Assembly (NCBI RefSeq): GCF_032444005.1
Contig: NC_091282.1
Coordinates: 360,468,001-360,532,000, forward strand
DNA length: 64,000 nt
Reading direction: 5' to 3'
Source: Ranitomeya imitator
Taxonomy: Eukaryota
Positions within the stretch are counted from its first letter, which is position 1; each line of letters starts with the position of its first letter. Below the pieces are notes generated by a model, which had not been told where the DNA came from, searched no databases, and saw only the letters and a program-made list of their open reading frames with translations. Positions 1-9,050 of this stretch are shown piece by piece. The position numbers and the translations under genes were made by a program.

Positions 1-3000
1 ACTGCGGCTGCCTCGCGGCCTAGCTGTTCTCTCCTCTCCTGTGGGCCTTGGGGTCCACCACCTGGTTCCAGCACCGTCAGCTGGTTCCGGGCCGAGCCTT
101 TGGCTTAGGTGCCTCCTCCTGGGTATCCGAGTTCCGCCAACGCCAGGCGGTCCTTGGTAGTGCTTTTAAGCGCGGGCACCTACAGCTTAGTAACCGGGTT
201 CCAGCACCGTCAGCTGGTCCTCGGTCGTGCCATTGGCTCTTGCACACTGGGGCAACGCATCCGGGTTCCAGCACCGCCAGCTGGTTCTCGGCAGTGTTTT
301 TGTCACAGGTACTCCCTCGTGCCAAGCCTGGTTTCAGCACCGTCAGCTGTTTCCGGGTTGTGTCAAGCTCACTGAGACACCTATGCTTGCCTCGTCGTGG
401 TGCGGTCGGGTTAGCCAACTCCAGGGTGCCTCCAGTTTAGGAGCTTCCTATGTGGGCTGCGTGAACTGGTAGTCAAGGCTGGTTCTGTAGTGCCAGTAGG
501 CCCAGCTCCCCCTGTAGGACTGTTGGGGTTCGGTAACTGCGGCTGCCTCGCGGCCTAGCTGTTCTCTCCTCTCCTGTGGACCTTCGGGTCCACCACCTGG
601 TTCCAGCACCGTCAGCTGGTTCCGGGCCGAGCCTTTGGCTTAGGTGCCTCCTCCTGGGTATCCGAGTTCCGCCAACGCCAGGCGGTCCTTGGTAGTGCTT
701 TTAAGCGCGGGCACCTACAGCTTAGTAACCGGGTTCCAGCACCGTCAGCTGGTCCTCGGTCGTGCCATTGGCTCTTGCACACTGGGGCAACGCATCCGGG
801 TTCCAGCACCGCCAGCTGGTTCTCGGCAGTGTTTTTGTCACAGGTACTCCCTCGTGCCAAGCCTGGTTTCAGCACCGTCAGCTGTTTCCGGGTTGTGTCA
901 AGCTCACTGAGACACCTATGCTTGCCTCGTCGTGGTGCGGTCGGGTTAGCCAACTCCAGGGTGCCTCCAGTTTAGGAGCTTCCTATGTGGGCTGCGTGAA
1001 CTGGTAGTCAAGGCTGGTTCTGTAGTGCCAGTAGGCCCAGCTCCCCCTGTAGGACTGTTGGGGTTCGGTAACTGCGGCTGCCTCGCGGCCTAGCTGTTCT
1101 CTCCTCTCCTGTGGGCCTTGGGGTCCACCACCTGGTTCCAGCACCGTCAGCTGGTTCCGGGCCGAGCCTTTGGCTTAGGTGCCTCCTCCTGGGTATCCGA
1201 GTTCCGCCAACGCCAGGCGGTCCTTGGTAGTGCTTTTAAGCGCGGGCACCTACAGCTTAGTAACCGGGTTCCAGCACCGTCAGCTGGTCCTCGGTCGTGC
1301 CATTGGCTCTTGCACACTGGGGCAACGCATCCGGGTTCCAGCACCGCCAGCTGGTTCTCGGCAGTGTTTTTGTCACAGGTACTCCCTCGTGCCAAGCCTG
1401 GTTTCAGCACCGTCAGCTGTTTCCGGGTTGTGTCAAGCTCACTGAGACACCTATGCTTGCCTCGTCGTGGTGCGGTCGGGTTAGCCAACTCCAGGGTGCC
1501 TCCAGTTTAGGAGCTTCCTATGTGGGCTGCGTGAACTGGTAGTCAAGGCTGGTTCTGTAGTGCCAGTAGGCCCAGCTCCCCCTGTAGGACTGTTGGGGTT
1601 CGGTAACTGCGGCTGCCTCGCGGCCTAGCTGTTCTCTCCTCTCCTGTGGACCTTCGGGTCCACCACCTGGTTCCAGCACCGTCAGCTGGTTCCGGGCCGA
1701 GCCTTTGGCTTAGGTGCCTCCTCCTGGGTATCCGAGTTCCGCCAACGCCAGGCGGTCCTTGGTAGTGCTTTTAAGCGCGGGCACCTACAGCTTAGTAACC
1801 GGGTTCCAGCACCGTCAGCTGGTCCTCGGTCGTGCCATTGGCTCTTGCACACTGGGGCAACGCATCCGGGTTCCAGCACCGCCAGCTGGTTCTCGGCAGT
1901 GTTTTTGTCACAGGTACTCCCTCGTGCCAAGCCTGGTTTCAGCACCGTCAGCTGTTTCCGGGTTGTGTCAAGCTCACTGAGACACCTATGCTTGCCTCGT
2001 CGTGGTGCGGTCGGGTTAGCCAACTCCAGGGTGCCTCCAGTTTAGGAGCTTCCTATGTGGGCTGCGTGAACTGGTAGTCAAGGCTGGTTCTGTAGTGCCA
2101 GTAGGCCCAGCTCCCCCTGTAGGACTGTTGGGGTTCGGTAACTGCGGCTGCCTCGCGGCCTAGCTGTTCTCTCCTCTCCTGTGGGCCTTGGGGTCCACCA
2201 CCTGGTTCCAGCACCGTCAGCTGGTTCCGGGCCGAGCCTTTGGCTTAGGTGCCTCCTCCTGGGTATCCGAGTTCCGCCAACGCCAGGCGGTCCTTGGTAG
2301 TGCTTTTAAGCGCGGGCACCTACAGCTTAGTAACCGGGTTCCAGCACCGTCAGCTGGTCCTCGGTCGTGCCATTGGCTCTTGCACACTGGGGCAACGCAT
2401 CCGGGTTCCAGCACCGCCAGCTGGTTCTCGGCAGTGTTTTTGTCACAGGTACTCCCTCGTGCCAAGCCTGGTTTCAGCACCGTCAGCTGTTTCCGGGTTG
2501 TGTCAAGCTCACTGAGACACCTATGCTTGCCTCGTCGTGGTGCGGTCGGGTTAGCCAACTCCAGGGTGCCTCCAGTTTAGGAGCTTCCTATGTGGGCTGC
2601 GTGAACTGGTAGTCAAGGCTGGTTCTGTAGTGCCAGTAGGCCCAGCTCCCCCTGTAGGACTGTTGGGGTTCGGTAACTGCGGCTGCCTCGCGGCCTAGCT
2701 GTTCTCTCCTCTCCTGTGGACCTTCGGGTCCACCACCTGGTTCCAGCACCGTCAGCTGGTTCCGGGCCGAGCCTTTGGCTTAGGTGCCTCCTCCTGGGTA
2801 TCCGAGTTCCGCCAACGCCAGGCGGTCCTTGGTAGTGCTTTTAAGCGCGGGCACCTACAGCTTAGTAACCGGGTTCCAGCACCGTCAGCTGGTCCTCGGT
2901 CGTGCCATTGGCTCTTGCACACTGGGGCAACGCATCCGGGTTCCAGCACCGCCAGCTGGTTCTCGGCAGTGTTTTTGTCACAGGTACTCCCTCGTGCCAA

Positions 3001-3745
3001 GCCTGGTTTCAGCACCGTCAGCTGTTTCCGGGTTGTGTCAAGCTCACTGAGACACCTATGCTTGCCTCGTCGTGGTGCGGTCGGGTTAGCCAACTCCAGG
3101 GTGCCTCCAGTTTAGGAGCTTCCTATGTGGGCTGCGTGAACTGGTAGTCAAGGCTGGTTCTGTAGTGCCAGTAGGCCCAGCTCCCCCTGTAGGACTGTTG
3201 GGGTTCGGTAACTGCGGCTGCCTCGCGGCCTAGCTGTTCTCTCCTCTCCTGTGGGCCTTGGGGTCCACCACCTGGTTCCAGCACCGTCAGCTGGTTCCGG
3301 GCCGAGCCTTTGGCTTAGGTGCCTCCTCCTGGGTATCCGAGTTCCGCCAACGCCAGGCGGTCCTTGGTAGTGCTTTTAAGCGCGGGCACCTACAGCTTAG
3401 TAACCGGGTTCCAGCACCGTCAGCTGGTCCTCGGTCGTGCCATTGGCTCTTGCACACTGGGGCAACGCATCCGGGTTCCAGCACCGCCAGCTGGTTCTCG
3501 GCAGTGTTCTTGTCACAGGTACTCCCTCGTGCCAAGCCTGGTTTCAGCACCGTCAGCTGTTTCCGGGTTGTGTCAACTTCACTGAGACGCCTATGCTTGC
3601 CCCGTCGTGGTGCGGTCGAGTTAGCCAACTCCAGGGTGCCTCCAGTTTAGGAGCTTCCTATGTGGGCTGCGTGAACTGGTAGTCAAGGCTGGTTATGTAG
3701 TGCCAGTAGGCCCAGCTCCCCCTGTAGGACTGTTGGGGTTCGGTA
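1..3745. repeat. Tandem array of seven 535-bp units with strict A/B alternation (1070-bp higher-order period); left end runs off the window
   Basis: Units start at 1, 536, 1071, 1606, 2141, 2676 and 3211 (ACTGCGGCTGCCTCGCGGCC...). Odd units read GTGGGCCTTGGGG and even units GTGGACCTTCGGG. Unit 7 carries extra substitutions. The ORF track repeats with the same period. Confidence 0.97.
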
Positions 3746-4360
3746 ACTGCGGCTGCCTCGCGGCCTAGCTGTTCTCTCCTCTCCTGTGGGCCTTCGGGTC
3801 CACCACCTGGTTCCAGCACCGTCAGCTGGTTCTCGGCAGTGTCTTTTGCTCTTGTACCTTCTGCTCCCCATCCTGGTTCCAGTACCGTCAGCTGGTTCCG
3901 GGCAGAGCCTTTGGCTTAGGTGCCTCCTTCTGGGTATCCAAGTTCCACCAACGTCAGGTGGTCCTTGGTAGTGCTTTCAGGCACGGGTACCTCCTGCTTA
4001 GTAACCGGGTTCCAGTAACGTCAGCTGGTCCTCGGTAGTTCCATTGGCTCTTGGACCTTCGGCTACCCATCCGGGTTCCAGTACCGTCAGCTGGTTCTCG
4101 GCAGTGTCTTTTGCTCTTGTACCTTCTGCTCCCCATCCTGGTTCCAGTAACGTCAGCTGGTTCCGGGCAGAGCCTTTGGCTTAGGTGCCTCCTTCTGGGT
4201 ATCCGAGTTCCGTCAACGTCAGGCGGTCCTTGGTAGTGCTTTTTAGCACGGGTACCTCCTGCTTAGTAACCGGGTTCCAGTAACGTCAGCTGGTCCTCGG
4301 TAGTTCCATAGGCTCTTGAACCTTCGGGTAGCCATCCGAGTTCCAGTTCCATCAGCTGGT
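3746..4360. repeat. Diverged edge of the array: 66/67-bp monomers forming a duplicated ~265-bp 4-mer
   Basis: The core TTCCAGYA(C/A)CGTCAGCTGG or degenerate variants start at 3811, 3877, 3943, 4010, 4076, 4142, 4208, 4275 and 4341. Segment 3811-4075 resembles 4076-4340. Confidence 0.9.
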
Positions 4361-5299
4361 TCTTGGCATTTTCTCAGCCTTCTTGTACCTTCTGCTACAT
4401 TTCCAAGTTGAAGACCCTAACGTCGACGACCCGGAAGACCACCACGATGACGACGACACGGAAGACCACCCCGATGACGACGACGACGACGGCGGAGACG
4501 ACGACGGCGGAGATGACGACACTGGAGACGACGACCCTGGAGACGACAACATGGAAGACCGAGAAGCAGAAGAACAAGAGGCTGCAGAACAAAGAGCAGA
4601 AGAACATTAAGCATAAGACTTAATATCAGAGCAAAAGATATTATCTAAATTATATGCAGAAGAAGACTAAGCAGTGTATGGGGGTGAGTCCGTTCCTCCT
4701 CGTGGTGCCCCTGGATAAAGCCTGATGCTGCAGGCCAAACTGAACGCGGACAAATGTAACTTTTGTGACTGGCAGAACGGAAGGTGTAATCTTCAAACTT
4801 TTATAGATAACAACTACGGGAATGCCTGTCACAAATGAGAATATGATGAAGAAGTAGAATAGGAAGAATAATAACAGTGGAATAAAAAGAATATGTAGAA
4901 TAAGAAGAATAATAATAGTTGAATAAAATGAATATGAAGAATGTAATAAAAAAAAAAAAATAGGTAGAAGATGAAGAAGAAGATGAATAAGGTGAAGAAG
5001 TTGATGTCAAAGATGCTGATGATGATGAAGATGAAAGTGTGGGAAAAGAAAAAAAAAAAGAAAAAAAAAAAGGGGAAGGGCGTGGAATAGTGAAACATCA
5101 ATATCTGACAAAATAAAAAAAAAATTTACATAGTCAATATCTTTGTCACTCCGAACGTCTTAAAAAAAAACAAAAAACATGCTATTCTATTTGATTGGGA
5201 TAAACCTCTATGACTTTAATGTCTCCGCCACCTCCCCAAATACATCCGGCATTATTCTTAGTTGTTTTCCTTCATGTAGAATGAACCTACAAGGAAAGA

Positions 5300-6231
5300 A
5301 AGGGTTTATTTTAATTCCGATATTTTGGTCCCATTGACTTGCATTGGGATCGGGTATCGGTATCGGCGATATCCGATATTTTTTGAATATCGGCCGATCC
5401 AAACCGATACCGATACTTTCCGATATCGGAAGGTATCGCTCAACACTAGTGTTGAGCATTCCGATACCGCAAGTATCGGGTATCGGCCGATACTTGCGGT
5501 ATCGGAATTCCGATACCGAGATCCGATATTTTTGTGATATCGGGTATCGGTATCGGAAGTGTAAAATAAAGAATTAAAATAAAAAATATTGTTATATTCA
5601 CCTCTCCGGCGGCCCCTGGACATCAGCGGGAGGATCCGGCGTCCGGCACGGCTTCTTTCTTCAAAATGCGCGCCTTCAGGACCTGTGGAATGACGTCCCG
5701 GCTTCTGATTGGTCGCGTGCCGCCCATGTGACCGCCACGCGACCAATCAGAAGCCGCGACGTCATTCCTCAGCTAAAGTCCTAGAATGAGCGCCTTCTAG
5801 GACCTGAGGAATGACGTCGCGGCTTCTGATTGGTCGCGTGGCGGTCACATGGGCGGCACGCGACCAATCAGAAGCCGGGACGTCATTCCACAGGTCCTGA
5901 AGGCGCGCATTTTGAAGAAAGAAGCCGTGCCGGACGCCGGATCCTCCCGCTGATGTCCAGGGGCCGCCGGAGAGGTGAATATAACAATATTTTTTATTTT
6001 AATTCTTTATTTTACACTTTAATATGGATCCCAGGGCCTGAAGGAGAGTTTCCTCTCCTTCAGACCCTGGGATCCATGAGGATACATTCCGATACTTGAT
6101 GTCCCATTGACTTGTATTGGTATCGGATATCGGTATCGGCGATATCCGATATTTTTCGGGTATCGGCCGATACTATCCGATACCGATACTTTCAAGTATC
6201 GGACGGTATCGCTCAACACTACTCAACACTA
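5300..6231. mobile_element. Right terminus of a larger hAT-type element (element A), split by MITE B; probably extends left through the array
   Basis: Subterminal block 5320-5446 (GTCCCATTGACTTG...GATATCCGATA...GTATCGCTCAACAC) resembles the right end of MITE B. Removing B and one TSD copy restores the terminus GTATCGCTCAACACTA ending at 6231, directly against Gypsy pol. Confidence 0.7.
5447..6221. mobile_element. Non-autonomous hAT-type MITE (element B) with 8-bp TSD
   Basis: TIRs are TAGTGTTGAGC (5447) and GCTCAACACTA (6221). The TSD CTCAACAC lies at 5439-5446 and 6222-6229. There is an internal ~215-bp inverted repeat (about 5557-5772 and 5803-6019). An 8-bp TSD with TAG termini is typical of hAT. 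Confidence 0.88.
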
Positions 6232-6934
6232 GTCATTAATGAAGATCATGATTCAGTCCTGGCCGGACACCCTGGAGGTAAAGTTATTACGGACCTTCAC
6301 ACTCGGCGTTTTTGGTGGTCTGGGGTAAATCATGATGTACAGGAATAAGTCGCTGCCTGCTGTGTGTGTGTGTGTTCCAAGACCACTCATACTCGCCCGT
6401 CTGGGTCTCTCCAACCTCTGGAGATTCCCAGTAGACCTTGGACCCATTTGCCAATAGACTTCATCACTGACTTACCGGTTTCTGAGGGTAATACAGTTAT
6501 TTTAGTCGTAGTTGACAGATTTAGCAAGATGTCACATTTTATTGCCCTTCCAGCGTTACCTAATGCCAAGACTCTGGCATAGATCTTTATCAAGGAGGTT
6601 GTGAGATTACATGGTGTTCCTTCAGATATTGTGTCAGACCGTGGGGTGCAGTTTATTTCTAAGTTTTGGAGGGCTTTTTGCAGTCGGCTGGGGATTCATT
6701 TGTCATTTTCTTCAGCTTTTCATCCTCAATCTAATGGTCAAACAGAATGTATAAATCAAAATCTTGAAACTTATCTTAGGTGTTTCATTTCAGAAAATCA
6801 GGAGGACTGGGTTAAGTACTTACCGTTGGCAGAGTTTGCAATAAACAACGGTACTCATGAATCCACTGGTAAGTCCCCGCTTTTCGGGGCATATGGTTTT
6901 CATCTTCAATTCAGTTCATTTAATAGGAAGGATT
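6232..6934 (+). pseudogene. Decayed Ty3/Gypsy integrase, 5' part (Gypsy-X)
   Basis: Translates to VLAGHPGG...RRFWW (zinc-binding region), [14 protein letters not shown]...VVVDRFSKM and IVSDRGVQFISKFW...SSAFHPQSNGQTE, with in-frame stops. Confidence 0.9.
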
Positions 6935-8301
6935 TTATTCAATAGTAAAAGAATAAAAACTGAAAATGTAGGCCCCTTAAAAAATAGTGAGGAAAGAATG
7001 GTTGTAGATGACGAGGAAAAAGCTAACATATTAAACACCTTCTTCTCCACGGTATTCACGGTGGAAAATGAAATGCTAGGTGAAATCCCAAGAAACAATG
7101 AAAACCCTATATTAAGGGTCACCAATCTAACCCAAGAAGAGGTGCGAAACCGGCTAAATAAGATTAAAATAGATAAATCTCCGGGTCCGGATGGCATACA
7201 CCCACGAGTACTAAGAGAACTAAGTAATGTAATAGATAAACCATTATTTCTTATTTTTAGTGACTCTATAGCGACAGGGTCTGTTCCGCAGGACTGGCGC
7301 ATAGCAAATGTGGTGCCAATATTCAAAAAGGGCTCTAAAAGTGAACCTGGAAATTATAGGCCAGTAAGTCTAACCTCTATTGTTGGTAAAATATTTGAAG
7401 GGTTTCTGAGGGATGTTATTCTGGATTATCTCAATGAGAATAACTGTTTAACTCCATATCAGCATGGGTTTATGAGAAATCGCTCCTGTCAAACCAATCT
7501 AATCAGTTTTTATGAAGAGGTAAGCTATAGGCTGGACCACGGTGAGTCATTGGACGTGGTATATCTCGATTTTTCCAAAGCGTTTGATACCGTGCCGCAC
7601 AAGAGGTTGGTACACAAAATGAGAATGCTTGGTCTGGGGGAAAATGTGTGTAAATGGGTTAGTAACTGGCTTAGTGATAGAAAGCAGAGGGTGGTTATAA
7701 ATGGTATAGTCTCTAACTGGGTCGCTGTGACCAGTGGGGTACCGCAGGGGTCAGTATTGGGACCTGTTCTCTTCAACATATTCATTAATGATCTGGTAGA
7801 AGGTTTACACAGTAAAATATCGATATTTGCAGATGATACAAAACTATGTAAAGCAGTTAATACAAGAGAAGATAGTATTCTGCTACAGATGGATCTGGAT
7901 AAGTTGGAAACTTGGGCTGAAAGGTGGCAGATGAGGTTTAACAATGATAAATGTAAGGTTATACACATGGGAAGAGGGAATCAATATCACCATTACACAC
8001 TGAACGGGAAACCACTGGGTAAATCTGACAGGGAGAAGGACTTGGGGATCCTAGTTAATGATAAACTTACCTGGAGCAGCCAGTGCCAGGCAGCAGCTGC
8101 CAAGGCAAACAGGATCATGGGGTGCATTAAAAGAGGTCTGGATACACATGATGAGAGCATTATACTGCCTCTGTACAAATCCCTAGTTAGACCGCACATG
8201 GAGTACTGTGTCCAGTTTTGGGCACCGGTGCTCAGGAAGGATATAATGGAACTAGAGAGAGTACAAAGGAGGGCAACAAAATTAATAAAGGGGATGGGAG
8301 A
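6935..8301 (+). mobile_element. 5'-truncated CR1 LINE (RT region), left part; interrupted by Gypsy-Y
   Basis: RT motifs KSPGPDGI, YRPVSLTS, YLDFSKAFDTV, GVPQGSVLGP and FADD. It is near-identical to the minus-strand copy at 31666-35868 and continues at 13998. Confidence 0.95.
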
Positions 8302-9050
8302 TGTTATGGCTGGCAATCAGGCAACACAGCGTGCAGTAATCAGCGCACATACAGAGATCTGGCAATAACCAAAAACAATAGGACGAGCTCTGAGACGTGG
8401 AATCTCTGTAGACTGCAGTACCTGATCTATCCTCACACAACTATAAGCAGCAGTGGATTGCGCCTATAACTACCTATGCAACTCGGCACTGCCTGAGGAG
8501 CTGACTAGCCTGAAGATAGAAATACAAGCCTGACTTACCTCAGAGAAATACCCCAAAGGAATAGGCAGCCCCCCACATATAATGACTGTTAGCAAGATGA
8601 AAAGACAAACGTAGGAATGAAATAGATTCAGCAAAGTGAGGCCCGATATTCTAGACAGAGCGAGGATAGCAAAGAGAACTATGCAGTCTACAAAAAACCC
8701 TAAAACGAAAACCACGCAAAGGGGCAAAAAGACCCACCGTGCCGAACTAACAGCACGGCGGTGCACCCCTTTGCTTCTCAGAGCTTCCAGCAAAAGTTAA
8801 TAGCAAGCTGGACAGAAAAAAACAGAAAACAAACTAGAAGCACTTATCTAGCAGAGCAGCAGGCCCAAGGAAAGATGCAGTAGCTCAGATCCAACACTGG
8901 AACATTGACAAGGAGCAAGGAAGACAGACTCAGGTGGAGCTAAATAGCAAGGCAGCCAACGAGCTCACCAAAACACCTGAGGGAGGAAGCCCAGAGACTG
9001 CAATACCACTTGTGACCACAGAAGTGAACTCAGCCACAGAATTCACAACA
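8302..9050 (-). repeat. 3' LTR of Gypsy-Y (749 bp)
   Basis: TG...CA ends. By eye it differs from the 5' LTR by two substitutions and one A-run indel. Confidence 0.95.

Noticed and set aside
48-3971. Many 60-130-aa ORFs in the array
   Set aside because: They are periodic by-products of GC-rich repeats. The 113-aa ORF changes monomer reading phase internally and has no recognisable domain.
60-4360. CRISPR-like pattern: ~22-bp partly palindromic repeat with ~43-bp spacers
   Set aside because: The context is vertebrate and no cas genes are present. The spacers are homologous to each other and recur in higher-order units, so this is a diverged tandem repeat.
5306-6099. Identical MVAWRSHGRH... 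ORFs on opposite strands
   Set aside because: Mirror images produced by the MITE palindrome.
6857-8368. 503-aa ORF as a novel fusion protein
   Set aside because: Chance in-frame join of a decayed Gypsy integrase, a truncated CR1 RT and an LTR. It starts at a non-ATG codon with no promoter evidence.
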